Of a stretch of DNA of 64,000 bases, positions 35,232 to 46,093 are shown piece by piece (position 1 is the first letter of the stretch; each line of letters starts with the position of its first letter). The notes under the pieces are model-generated. The model made no database searches and was not told the DNA's origin. It saw only the letters and a list, made by a program, of their open reading frames with translations. The position numbers were made by a program, and so were the translations under genes. The DNA comes from an uncultured Acidobacteriota bacterium. Lineage in GTDB: Bacteria > Acidobacteriota > Vicinamibacteria > Vicinamibacterales > 2-12-FULL-66-21. The stretch spans positions 120,515-184,514 of the forward strand of contig CAWBCA010000017.1 in NCBI GenBank assembly GCA_963787175.1, given 5' to 3'.

Positions 35232-35634
35232 CGCGGCGGACTCGTCGTCCCGTGCATGATCCGAGCGGCCCTCGGCGCTGTGATCGGATCGCGTCAGCGT
35301 GTAACTGAAGTCCGCGGCGCGGCCCGCCGCCGACGGAACACCGCGGCTCTCGACTCCATCGACGGTCCGCCTGCGGCCACGGTCAGAAGTAGCCGAGGAC
35401 ATCGATGATGCGCCCGGAGGGCGCAGGCCGGAAGGGCCCTCCGCACGACAGTGCCCGCAGCGCGACAAACGCTTGGCGTACTATTGCCAGGCGCTGGAAC
35501 CGGAGCGCGATGTCCGTCGAGACAGCACCTGCTGGTTCACGGTGGGCCCCGCACTGAACATCCTGATAGCGCGTGCTCCGGTGACGAAGCGCGCCGGGAC
35601 GTTGCGTCACGCTGGACCGGCAGGACACCAGACG

Positions 35635-36324
35635 ATGAAACCGACCAGGCTGGTGCTCGCCCTGGGATTGCTCGTGCCGTTCGGCTGTGGGACGATTCCT
35701 GGACAGGACGTTCGCTACCAGCCGACGCCGATGCCCGTCGTGCGCGCACTGCTGGAACTGGCTGACGTGGGCCCGCAGGACGTCGTCTACGATCTCGGGT
35801 CCGGGGACGGGCGCATCCCGATCACCGCGGCAAAGGAGTTTGGCGCGCGTGGCGTGGGGATTGAGATCGATCCCGCACTGGTGACTCAGGCGCAGGCGAA
35901 CGCGCGTGAAGCAGGTGTCGAGGACAGAGTGGAGTTCAGGCTCGCCGACATGTATGCTGCGGACGTCCGTCCCGCTACCGTCGTGACCCTCTTCCTGCAC
36001 CCGGGACCGAACCTGAAGCTGCGGGAGAAGCTGCGCTCCGACCTGCGGGCCGGTTCGCGGGTCGTTTCTTACGTCTGGGACATGGGCGGGTGGACGCCGG
36101 CGGACGTTCGCCGGATCAACGAGCATCGGATTTTTCTCTGGCGGATCCCGGCGCGTGCGGGCCTGATCAACGACGCAGCTGCCGCACGCTGGGCAGTTGC
36201 CGCTCAGCATCTTGCCGATCCGGATGATTGTCGACGCGGGCGACGCCGCCATGACGGTTTCCGGCCTCCGTCCGGTTTGACGCATTCGCTGTTGTACTGC
36301 CAAGGCAGGGGCGCACGCTTATGA
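35635..36324 (+). CDS. class I SAM-dependent methyltransferase, lipoprotein-type signal
   Basis: MKPTRLVLALGLLVPFGCG (lipobox). SAM motif VVYDLGSGDGRIPITAAKEFGARGVGIEIDP. The stop overlaps the next ATG (ATGA). Confidence 0.7.
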   Translation: MKPTRLVLALGLLVPFGCGTIPGQDVRYQPTPMPVVRALLELADVGPQDVVYDLGSGDGRIPITAAKEFGARGVGIEIDPALVTQAQANAREAGVEDRVEFRLADMYAADVRPATVVTLFLHPGPNLKLREKLRSDLRAGSRVVSYVWDMGGWTPADVRRINEHRIFLWRIPARAGLINDAAAARWAVAAQHLADPDDCRRGRRRHDGFRPPSGLTHSLLYCQGRGARL

Positions 36325-36807
36325 CGAAGACCGCTGTTCGGAACGGCTTGCTCGGGGCCCTCCTGACGCCGCTGTCGATCGCCTGTTCGGAGTCGATCCA
36401 GCCCACAGCGCCGACCGTGACGGCTGCGCCGGCCCCGGCCGCCGCCCCCGCGCCCCCGGCACCGCACGTGCCGGCGTTTCCGCCGATCTCGCGGGCCGGG
36501 AGGATTTACGGAGACGTTCAGTACCACGTACACCCCGATGCACGGATCGCTGCTGTCATCGCGCTATGTGCTTTACGATGACGGCACGTTCGCACTGCAG
36601 TACTCCAGTGCCAACTACCCGTTTTTCGAGTATCGCGGCACCTACTCGGCAGACAACACCAACATCATTTTTCACTGGGAAGGCTGGAGCGTCGCCGGCC
36701 CGTGGGGAGCTACCGGCACGCTCACCGAGGATTACCTTTCTGTAAGGTACAACCTCATCATGATCCATTCCGATTTCGAGGATGGCACGTACGTCCGCCA
36801 ACGGTGA
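36321..36807 (+). CDS. hypothetical lipoprotein, one apparent frameshift
   Basis: MTKTAVRNGLLGALLTPLSIACSE (lipobox). Pro/Ala linker. The C-terminal domain continues in ORF 36538..36807 (RYVLYDDGTFALQYSSANYPFFEYRGTY). Confidence 0.5.
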
Positions 36808-37337
36808 CCGACTCCACGGCGAGGATTCCACAACGGGCCCCTCAGCGCGGCGGCACCCGGGCGAGGACACCTGCCGCAGCTCGCGCGTCGACGGCCCGCC
36901 GATCCACACCGCGACACCCCCGCCGATCCCACTGGACACGAATCCAGGTTAGCGCCCCGCCGGCGCTGTGCCCGGGCTGAATGCACGCCATTGTCCTGAT
37001 GGTCGCCGTGAGCCCCACGCAGATGGCCGGAGAACACGCGCCTCAGGCCCACCGCTGCTCGCGCAGGGTGTTCTGCTCACGCCGGTAAGAACTCTCTCCC
37101 GTCCCAGCCAGAACTCTCGCCCCTCGGCGCCCGTTGCCATCGATTGGCGGGACTATCCGCTGGCGCGCCGCTTGCGACCCAGTCCTCGACATCGATTCCC
37201 GGCAGGATGCTCAAAACGCCTCCTGAATTGCAATTCTGGCCCGGCGCCAATGGAGAAATCGGCGGGTTGCCATCCGCCATTTTCGATTTCACGTCAGGCC
37301 GGCTTGTTCAGCGGCCTGGCTGAAGGGACACCCGTCC

Positions 37338-37799
37338 GTGCTGATGCTCACTGCCATTGTGGTCGCCCTCAGCTGTGCGCCGCAGGCCTCCGCGCCGATT
37401 GCCATTCACGTGTTCACCAGGGTGGAATCCTCGGGACTCACAGACGCGAATCAACGACAGCGGCTCCAGTCGGTGGTGGATCTGCGAAAGGGGCTCGCGA
37501 AGAAGAAGTCGGTGAAGGTCGTGGATGCGCCGGGACCCGGGGTGCTCCTGCTCGAGGTGCTGGAAAAAGGCCGCCCGGAGACCGACAGCTCCCAGGCTGC
37601 GGGCGCGGGCCAGGCGCCGGGCACGGCCGGGGCGGCCACCCCCAAACAGAAGTGGCCCGCCGTGCACGTGGCGTTGCGAATCGGGGACTACGCCGGCGAG
37701 ATCAAAGGCTCCGGCAAGCGCTGGAGGTGGGCGGCGGATGCGATCGCCGACGCCGTGGACCAGTGGGTGAAGGAGAACCGCGCGCTGCTGCCACGCTAG
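37338..37799 (+). CDS. hypothetical secreted protein
   Basis: Intact 153-aa ORF with N-terminal hydrophobic segment MLMLTAIVVALSCAPQASA. No recognisable family. Confidence 0.4.
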   Translation: MLMLTAIVVALSCAPQASAPIAIHVFTRVESSGLTDANQRQRLQSVVDLRKGLAKKKSVKVVDAPGPGVLLLEVLEKGRPETDSSQAAGAGQAPGTAGAATPKQKWPAVHVALRIGDYAGEIKGSGKRWRWAADAIADAVDQWVKENRALLPR

Positions 37800-37859
37800 G
37801 CGCGCACCCGATGAGTGCTCGCACTGGACGGCACACCGCGATGTCGGGCACGATCGTTC

Positions 37860-39125
37860 TTACGGCCCGTGCCCGCGGGCATCCTGCACGAAGACGCGCT
37901 CCGCGCCATTTTCTCCGGAATTACCGACGATCAAATCCAGATCTCCGTCCCCATCGATGTCGCCGAAGGCGGCATCGGTCGTCGGGTCCGACACCTCTGG
38001 AAAATGCCTGCGCGTCCGATCGCTGAACCCCGCCTTGCCGTTGTTCTCGTGATAGTGATCCGGGCCGCCGCCGAAGCCATGGCCGACGGCAAAGGCGCCG
38101 GCGTTTGGCACGTACACGTCCAGGTCGCCGTCCGCGTCGAGATCGACCAGCTCGAGGCCGGTATTGGTTTCGTTCGCGAGCGGACTCGCTCCGAAATCCC
38201 CGGCCCTGAACGCGCCGCGCCGGTTGATGTACAGGGCGATCGGTTCGTTGCGGCTGTTCGCGACCACGAGATCCAGATCGCCGTCATCGTCGAGGTCCGC
38301 CAGTCCGCCGCTCCGGCTGGTGTCGACCGTCACAGGAAAACGGGTGGACGTCTCGTCGGTGAAGAACCCGGCGCCGTCGTTGATCAGCACGAAGTCCTGC
38401 CCCCGGTTCAGCACGATCACGTCCAGGTCGCCGTCTCCGTCAATGTCGCCAGGGAGCATCGCGCCTGTCTGATCGCTGGCAACCGGCAGCCGTGCGACCG
38501 TTTCATCGGTGAAGAAGCCTGTCCCGTCGTTGATCAGCAGGCGATTCTGGCCGCCGCCGGTTGGACTGGGATCGAACGGGTTCTCGTTCGATAGAAGGAT
38601 GTCCAGATCGTCGTCGCCGTCCACATCGGCCAGCCGCGCGTCGGCGGTGATGTCTTGAAGGAATGAGGGCGGAGGGGGGAGCTGGCTGCTGCCATCCGTG
38701 AAGACACCCTGGCCGCCGTTGATGAGCAACTGCTCGGGGCCCAGGTTCGCCACGATCGCGTCCAGATCGCCGTCGCCATCGACGTCGCCAAAATCCGCCT
38801 TCGTGCTGTTGGCCAGCGCCGGGGGCAGATGGGTTGCGCTGAAGTCGCTGAACACGCCGGAGCCGTTATTGAACAGCAGCCGGTTGGGCCGGGGTGCGGG
38901 GCTGTCGGTGCCTTCCGCGACGAAGAGGTCCAGGTCGCCGTCGTCATCGACGTCGACAAGGTCGACGTCGGTTGAGGAGGTGCCGGGCAGCGTCGTGTCC
39001 GGCGGGAGCCTAAACGTTTCCTCGACGAAGAAGAAGTTCCGGCCGCGACCCTGCGCTGCTGTGATGTGTGCGGTGCACATCAGAACAGTGGCCAGCCCGA
39101 GCGCGAGCCTCATTGTGACGTTCAT
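37860..39125 (-). CDS. FG-GAP/VCBS repeat protein, secreted
   Basis: Signal peptide, then seven or more repeats of the type D(V/I)DGDGDLD...N (DVDDDGDLDLFVAEG, DVDGDGDLDAIVAN, DIDGDGDLDVIVLN, DLDADGDLDVYVPN). Intact ORF. Confidence 0.85.
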   Translation of the reverse strand: MNVTMRLALGLATVLMCTAHITAAQGRGRNFFFVEETFRLPPDTTLPGTSSTDVDLVDVDDDGDLDLFVAEGTDSPAPRPNRLLFNNGSGVFSDFSATHLPPALANSTKADFGDVDGDGDLDAIVANLGPEQLLINGGQGVFTDGSSQLPPPPSFLQDITADARLADVDGDDDLDILLSNENPFDPSPTGGGQNRLLINDGTGFFTDETVARLPVASDQTGAMLPGDIDGDGDLDVIVLNRGQDFVLINDGAGFFTDETSTRFPVTVDTSRSGGLADLDDDGDLDLVVANSRNEPIALYINRRGAFRAGDFGASPLANETNTGLELVDLDADGDLDVYVPNAGAFAVGHGFGGGPDHYHENNGKAGFSDRTRRHFPEVSDPTTDAAFGDIDGDGDLDLIVGNSGENGAERVFVQDARGHGP

Positions 39126-39466
39126 GTCCAGTCACCTCCCAACACGGACGGCAGGACGTCCTTGATGATTGCCGTCTTTCATTCGATGTGAGTCCGCTCC
39201 CAGATGCTCCTTGCCGGTCGCCCACCCGACCCCGCCGCGCCGGTGATCGCGGGGAGGACATTACTGAAGGTCTGGTTGTCGCGCAAGCGGAGGGCTCGCC
39301 CTGACGACCAGTGCGGAACGCAGCGGCGCTCCGCGCCGACTGACCGCCCCTCTCGATCGGCGTCCCCCGACCGCCGCCTGCCGAAGGTTCGCTTTGGGGC
39401 GGCGGCCCGGATGTAGTATTCGCAGAACAGATCACGCCGCGGCACCCGCTTCCGAGGACCACTTGA

Positions 39467-40793
39467 ATGAAAGCTGCTCTGCTCCCCTGCCTCGCGCTCG
39501 TCTTGTGCGCGTCGACGACGCGGGCGCAGGAACGCCCTCAGGCGTACACCGGCGCAACGATCATTCCCATCGCCGGCCCCATCGTGACCGACGGCGTGCT
39601 CGTCGTCCACCGCGGCAAGATCGTCGCCGTCGGTGCGAAGGGCTCGACGAAGATCCCTGCCGACGCGCAAGGCCATGACGCCTCCGGCAAGTTCCTGATG
39701 CCCGGCCTGATCGATACGCACAGTCATATCGGCGGTGGCGCGGGTGGCGATGCTTCGGCGCCGATTCAGCCGGACGTGCGGATTCTCGATTCCATCAACG
39801 TTCGCGATCCAGGTCTGCAGCGCGCGCAGGCCGGCGGCATCACGACCGTCAACGTGATGCCCGGCTCCGGTCATCTGCTGAGCGGGCAGACGCTCTACCT
39901 GAAAGTCAAAGACGGCCCGGTCGTCGACGACCTGCTCATCAAAGACGCGCAGGGGATCATCGCCGGCGGCATCAAGATGGCGAACGGCACCAACGCGCTC
40001 CGCCCCGCCGCCCCCGGTCCGTTTCCGGGGACGCGGGCCAAGTCCGCGGCGCTCGTGCGCGAACAGCTCGTGAAAGCCCAGGACTACCGCGAGAAAGTCC
40101 GCCGCGCCGGCACCGACGCGAGCAAACTGCCGCCGCGCGACCTCGCGATGGAGGCGCTGGTCGAAGCCCTCGAACGCCGCCGCGCCGTCCACTTTCACAC
40201 GCACCGCCATGACGATGTGTTGACGGCGCTGCGACTGGCCAAGGAATTCGGCCTCCGGGTCGTGCTCCAGCACGTCTCGGAAGCGTGGAAGGTGGCCGAC
40301 GAGATCGCCAGGGCGCAGGCTCCGGCGTCGATCATCATGATCGACAGTCCGGGCGGCAAGCTCGAGGCGACCGACATCAGTTTCACCAACGGCGCGGCGC
40401 TCGAAAGCGCCGGCGCGCTGGTCGGCTTTCACACTGACGACTACATCACCGACTCGCGTTTCTTCCTGCGCTCGGCAGGGCTCGCGGTGCGTGCCGGCAT
40501 GTCGCGCGACCGCGCTCTTTACGCGATGACGATGGCGGGCGCGACGATGCTCGACTTGCAGGCACGCGTCGGCACGCTCGAGGCCGGCAAGGACGCCGAC
40601 TTCATCGTGCTCTCGGGCGACCCGCTCAGCGTCTACACGCAAAGTGCTGGAGACCTATGTCGAGGGCGTCAAGGTCTTCGACCGCACTAATCCCCAGGAT
40701 CGGCTCTTTGCCGTCGGCGGCTACGGCGCAGGGCGCGACCAGCACGCCCACTTCGACTGCTTCGACGGCGACCACGCGGAGGGACAGCGATAA
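39467..40793 (+). CDS. secreted amidohydrolase-family metallo-hydrolase, one apparent frameshift near the 3' end
   Basis: Signal peptide MKAALLPCLALVLCASTTRAQ. GLIDTHSHIGG metal motif. VHFHTHRHDD. GTLEAGKDADFIVLSGDPL. The tail VLETYVEGVKVFDR...DHAEGQR-stop is in a shifted frame. Confidence 0.85.
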
Positions 40794-42052
40794 TGACGTC
40801 AATCCAGGTCTTCCGACTGATGACTTTCAGCCGGTGCCCTCTGCTGCTGTCGCTGCTGCTGGTGGTGGTGGGGAATCCGGCGCGGGCATTCGCGCAGGTC
40901 GCGGTGCGCGGCGAGACGGTGCACACGATGGCCGGTGCGCCGATTCGCGACGGGGTGGTGCTGATCAACGGCGGCAAGATTGAGCGCGTCGGCGCGGCGA
41001 GTGACGTCACCATTCCGGCACACTACAAGAGAATCACCGCCCGAGTCGTCACGCCGGGATTGGTCGACGCCCACTCGGTCATCGGACTCGCCGGTTACCT
41101 CAACCAGCCGCACGACCAGATGCAGCTCGAGCGCTCGGCCGCCGATGCAGCCGGAACTGCGCGCTATCGACGCCTACAACGCGCGCGAGACCTTGATCGA
41201 GTGACGTGCGGGGTTTCGGCGTGACCACGGTTCATACCGGACACGCGCCCCGGCGCGCTGGTCTCCGGCCAGACGATGATCGTCAAGACCGTCGGCGAAC
41301 AATGTGGACGAAGCGGCCATCCGCCCGGACGCCATGCTCGCCGTGACGCTCGGCGACGGCTCGCTCGGCCAGGCCGGAAAGCCGCCCGGGGACGCGCTCG
41401 AAGGCCGTCGCGATGCTGCGCGCCGAGTTGATCAAGGCGCGGGAGTACGAGACGCAAGGCAGCGACCGCGAAGGAGGATCAGAGGCCGTCGCGCGATTTG
41501 CGGATGGAGACGCTGGCGCGGGTCGTCGGCGCGAGATGCCGCTTCTGGTCAACGGCACAGCGCGCGCACGACATCGTGGCGGCGCTCCGGCTCGCGAACG
41601 AGTTCAACGTCAGAATCGTGCTTGACGGCGGCGCCGAGGCGTATCTGGTCGCGGATCAGATCAAGGCGGCGGGCGTGCCCGTCATCGTCCACGCGACGAT
41701 GTACCGGGCCGCCGGCGAGACGGAGAACCTGAGCATGGAGACGGCGGCGACGTTGCGGAAGGCCGGCATCCCCGTCGCGCTGCAGAGCGGCTACGAAGGC
41801 TACGTGCCGAAGACCCGCGTCGTCCTGTTCGAGGCGGCGGTCGCGGCAGCCAACGGCCTGACGTTCGACGAGGCGCTGGCGGCGGTGACGATCGACGCGG
41901 CCCGCATCATCGGCGTCGTCGAGCGCGTCGGCTCGCTCGAAGCAGGCAAGGACGCCGACCTCGCGCTGTTCGACGGCGACCCGTTCGAGTACACCACGCA
42001 CGTCACCGGCGTCATCATCAACGGGCAGGTGGTCAGCGAGACGGCACGTTAG
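40793..42052 (+). CDS. second secreted amidohydrolase-family protein, several apparent frameshifts
   Basis: The ATG overlaps the upstream TAA (TAATG). Signal peptide MTSIQVFRLMTFSRCPLLLSLLLVVVG. VVTPGLVDAHSVIGL. C-terminal part is in ORF 41498..42052 (GSLEAGKDADLALFDGDPFEYTTHV). Confidence 0.8.
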
Positions 42053-42256
42053 CAGGGCCGCTGAAGAAGGCCGGCCTGACGTGACGTCGAACGTGGCAGC
42101 TGCAAACTCCATTTGCGCTGTGCCAATGCAGGAGGCGTTTTCCAGGATCCTGTGAGGCGCCTGCTGACGAGACCGTCAGCGTCCGGCTTGACCGATCACC
42201 GAACGCGCACCACGGCCACGCGCTGTTTGGCATTCCATCTATCCAGCCGCTGCTCG

Positions 42257-43754
42257 TCATTTCGTGACTGGCACGATTCGCAGTTGAACGTCTTGAGTTC
42301 GGCCGGCGGAGATCGTTGTCTCGGCGCTGCCGTTCCCGCCACTGTGCGCCGCGGTCACGAAGTAGCGTCCCATCGGGAGCGGGAACCGTGGGGGACCTGA
42401 GGAATCATCGCTCCGGGTGACACGCTTCCGGTTGCCTTCGGCGTCCCGCGCGGCTGTATAGACCTCATAGGCCACGCCGCGCGCGGGTTGTTCGCCACCG
42501 CCGGCGAGAACGGCGGTCAACCGGAGGATGCCCGCGCGAAGGTTGACGACCTGCTGGGTCGTTCCGGCCGGCGTGACCTCGACCTCCACGTTTGCGGATG
42601 CGCTCCCGTACGCGGCCGTTACGAAGTAGCGACCGGCCGGCAGCAGAAACCGTGCGGAAGCTTCGTACTGATGGTCGCTCCCGGTGACGCGCTTCCGGTT
42701 GCCTTCGGCGTCCCTTGCGTCGTCATAGACCTGATATGCCACGCCCGACAGCGCTTCGGCACCGTCGGCCAGGACAGCGGTCAATCGGAGGATGCCCGCC
42801 CGAAGGTTCAGGATCTGGTGAGTGGGCCCGGCCGGCGTGACCTCGACCTCCACGTTCGCAGACGCGCTTCCGTACGCGGCCGTTACGAAGTAACGTCCGG
42901 CCGGGAGCGGGAACCATGCGGAGGCGGTACTGATGACTACTCCCGGTGATGTGCTTCCGGTGGCCTTCGGCGTTCCGCTCAGCTGTATAGACGTCAAAGG
43001 TGACTCCCCGCGACAGCGGTTCGCCACCGTCGGCCAGGACCGCCGTCAGCCGGAGGCCAGTTGTCGCGGTGGGCGCAGGGGCCCCAGGAGGCTCGGCGCG
43101 ATCCCCGCCAGTCTGTCCCGTCCGATAGACGACCATCGCAAGCAGAAATGCGGCAACCAATGCGAGAGCCGAGGTCAGCCTCACCCAACGTTCGCGGGAT
43201 GAGTTGGGTGGGACGGCGCCGATATCGGGCCCCGGAATGACCGGCTGTAGAGCACCCGGCGGATGGACGGGCGGCAGCGGCGGCACGGTTTCTGACGCCG
43301 GGGTCCGGCTGGGTGGCGCGCCGATGAGGCGGGCGAGGTCGGCCGTCAGTTTCTGGAACGCCTCCGCCTGCGGGGCGCCATCCCACTCAATCATCGGCGC
43401 GGCCTGAATGCGGCCAAAACCGAGCGGAGGGCTGACCTCATCGATGACCACAGGGATCAGCACGCCGCGCTTCAAGCCGACGTCGGCCTCTTCGCGCACC
43501 CAACTCGAGGCGACCGAGTCCCGAGACCACACGACCACCACGCACCGCGCGTCCGCGAGCGCCTCGGCGATCACCTGGTCGAACGTCCTGCCAGCCGGGA
43601 TCTGTGGATCCCACCACACGGACCAGCCGTGACCGGACAGAGCGTCGGCCAGCAACCGGACTCGGGAGAGATCCTGGCGAGCGTAGCTGATGAAGATGTC
43701 GCTCACAGGTGGGCGGGGCCGAAGTCCAGGGCCTTCACGGCGCCAACGCCGCAA
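42257..43754 (-). CDS. TIR domain - TM helix - three tandem ~88-aa repeat domains, one apparent frameshift
   Basis: TIR segment SDIFISYARQDLSRVRLLADALSGHGWSVWWD...CVVVVWSRDSVASSWVREEADVG. TM segment WVRLTSALALVAAFLLAMVVY. Repeats are of the type LRLTAVLADG.E.L.GVAY.VY..ARDAEGNRKRVT....LPAGRYFVTAAYGSASANVEVEVTPAG. An alternative GTG start is at 43706. Confidence 0.8.
42290..43080 (-). repeat. three tandem ~264-nt coding repeats inside the TIR gene
   Basis: GCCGGCGTGACCTCGACCTCCACGTT occurs at 42567 and 42831 (period 264 nt), with a more diverged copy at ~42302. Long near-identical stretches include CCGTACGCGGCCGTTACGAAGTA. Confidence 0.8.
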
Positions 43755-43921
43755 CTCTCGAGGATCTGGTACGGGCCGAGGCGGGCGCCGATGGTGAGGG
43801 ACAAGAGCGTTGCGTGGGATTATACGGTCCGGCGTTGCCAGCCTGGACGGGATTCATCACGTGTGACGCCCGCGGCGTGAAGTAGACTTGCGCCCTCTCG
43901 CCAACGAGGATTGGGGGACCA

Positions 43922-44955
43922 ATGCCCGAGACAACGTCCACGACAGCGGCCGTGCCGCCTCACGTGCAGCTCATCGAGATGACCACGGCCGCCTGGGCGG
44001 CAGTGCTGCTCCACGCCGCCGCCAAGTTCGGCCTGGCAGACCATCTCGCCGACGGGCCCAAGAGCGCCCAGGAGCTGGCCGGGCCGACCAGGACCCACGC
44101 GCCATCGCTCCACCGGCTGATGCGAACGCTCGCCAGCCTCGGGGTGCTGACCGAAGACGCCCAGCACCGCTTCCGGCTGACGCCGCTCGGCGAAGCGCTC
44201 AAGACGGGCGCCCCCGGCTCGGCGCGTGCGACCCTGCTGACGCTCGGCGGCGATGTCTTCTGGCGCGCGCTCGAATACTTTCCCTATTCGGTCGAAACCG
44301 GCAAGACGGGCTTCGAAAAGGCCATGGGCCAGCCTATCTTCGACTGGCTGGGGCAGCACCCCGAGAAGGCCTCTGCGTTCAGCGAAACAATGGTCGGCTT
44401 TCACGGCCGCGAACCGGCGGCCGTAGCCGAGGCCTACGATTTTGCCGGCGTCAAGGTCCTGGTGGATGTCGGCGGCGCCACGGGGAACATGATGACGACC
44501 GTTCTCGCCCGCCATCCCGACATGCGCGGAGTGCTGTTCGACCTCCCGCACGTCGAAAACGACGCGCGGGAACTTCATCCGATCGCGCGGCCTGACGGAC
44601 CGCATCACGCTCCAGGCGGGCAGTTTCTTCGACACCGCTCCGGCAGGCGGTGATGCGTATCTGCTGTCTCACATCATCCACGACTGGAGCGAGGACCAGT
44701 GCATCACGATCCTGTCCAATTGCAGGAAGGCCATGAAGCCGGACGGCCGCTTACTGATCGTCGAGATGGTGCTGCCCTCTGGCGACACGCCCGCACCCGG
44801 GCAAGATGCTGGACATGATCATGCTCGCCATCCCGGGGGGCCAGGAGCGCACCGAGGAGGAGTACCGCGTGCTGCTGAGCAAGGCCGGCTTCCGGCTCAC
44901 TCGTGTCGTGCCGACCGCCTCGGCCGTGAGCGTCGTCGAGGCGGTGGCAGCTTGA
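43922..44955 (+). CDS. O-methyltransferase (Methyltransf_2 / COMT-like family), apparent frameshifts
   Basis: Dimerisation-domain N-terminus LIEMTTAAWAAVLLHAAAKFGLADHLADGPKSAQELA. SAM motif KVLVDVGGATGNMM. LLSHIIHDWSEDQCITILSNCRKAMKPDGRLLIVE. Frame changes near 44560 and 44800. Confidence 0.8.
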
Positions 44956-44973
44956 TCGACACGGTTCTGCGAC

Positions 44974-45945
44974 ATGAGGCCCAGAGCCGCCCAACGGATT
45001 CTCGCGTGCTTGAAGGCACTCGCGATCGGCGATGCCATCGGGAAACAGACGGAGACGCTGTCCCCCGCCGCCATCGACCGGTGGTACCCGGGCGGGGTGC
45101 ACGGGTTCGAGGGCCCGCCGGGAACGCCCATCCCGCGATATGTGGGCAATGCCAAGCACGAGTGGCGCATCGGCGAGACAACCGACGACACCGAGCGGAC
45201 GATCGCTGTGGCGCGCGCGATTCTTCGCGACGCCGGGGTGCATCACGCGAGCGTGGGTCGTGAGCTGCTGGAGTGCACCAAGTGCGTCCACCCCGGTATC
45301 AGGTCGCTATGGGAATTTCATCAGGCGGGCGATCCCTCACGGGTCACCGGCATCCACGATGGATGCGGTGCTGCCGTTCGCGTCGCGCCCGTGGGCATCC
45401 TGTATCACTCCAACCGGCTGGACGAACTCGTTGAGGGGGCTCGAGAAGCTTCGGTCTCGACGCATGGAGGCGCCCTGGCCCTCGCGGCCGCCGCGGCGAC
45501 GGCGGCTGCGGTGTCCGCTGCGGTCGATGGAGCGGCGCCACCAGCAATCATCGAGCTCGCACAGCGTGCGGCGCGGCAGGCGGAGACAGCAAGAGCTGGT
45601 GCGCCCTCGGCCACCTTCGCGAATGCGATTGCGGTCATCTATCAGGACCTCGGCCGCAGGGCGTTGCGGCACGCGGAGATTGCCGCCAGCTACTTTCCCA
45701 GCAGTCCGCTGACCATTGTGCCGCTGGCCCTCGCTCTCGGAGCGGTGGCTGGCTCGGTCCAGGAAGGCGTGTTGCTGGCCACGAATGTCGGTGGCGACAG
45801 TGATTCTGTCGCCTCCATCGCAGGTGCCATACTCGGGGCACGGCGACCCGAGACAGTGATCGATCACTGGTACGAAACCGTGGAGATCGTCAACCGGCAC
45901 GATCTCCCCTCAATCGCTCGGGCCCTGAGCAAGCTGCGCGGCTAA
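44974..45945 (+). CDS. ADP-ribosylglycohydrolase family protein
   Basis: CLKALAIGDAIGKQTE, GETTDDTERT, NVGGDSDSVASIAGAILGA. Intact 323-aa ORF. Confidence 0.8.
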   Translation: MRPRAAQRILACLKALAIGDAIGKQTETLSPAAIDRWYPGGVHGFEGPPGTPIPRYVGNAKHEWRIGETTDDTERTIAVARAILRDAGVHHASVGRELLECTKCVHPGIRSLWEFHQAGDPSRVTGIHDGCGAAVRVAPVGILYHSNRLDELVEGAREASVSTHGGALALAAAAATAAAVSAAVDGAAPPAIIELAQRAARQAETARAGAPSATFANAIAVIYQDLGRRALRHAEIAASYFPSSPLTIVPLALALGAVAGSVQEGVLLATNVGGDSDSVASIAGAILGARRPETVIDHWYETVEIVNRHDLPSIARALSKLRG

Positions 45946-46093
45946 CGGGGCCAAGTGCCGCGGGATCCCCGGGCGATCTTCAGCTCACGTCCAGATGGAA
46001 GCTACGGGCCATCTGCAATTCAGGATGCGTAGTTCAAACCTGGTCGAGCCCATCGTCCTGACGCCGGCGCCACTCCGTTATGCTGTGGTGTCC

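Noticed and set aside
35232-35634. Searched for the reciprocal fragments (kinase N-terminus, sigma N-terminus) expected from a simple inversion.
   Set aside because: None of the six frames gave recognisable kinase or sigma sequence. The phrase RLAYYCQALEPERDV looks TPR-like but is too short to call.
36810-37337. ~530-nt gap with several 60-120-aa track ORFs.
   Set aside because: No family motifs, signal peptides or convincing start contexts. Left unannotated.
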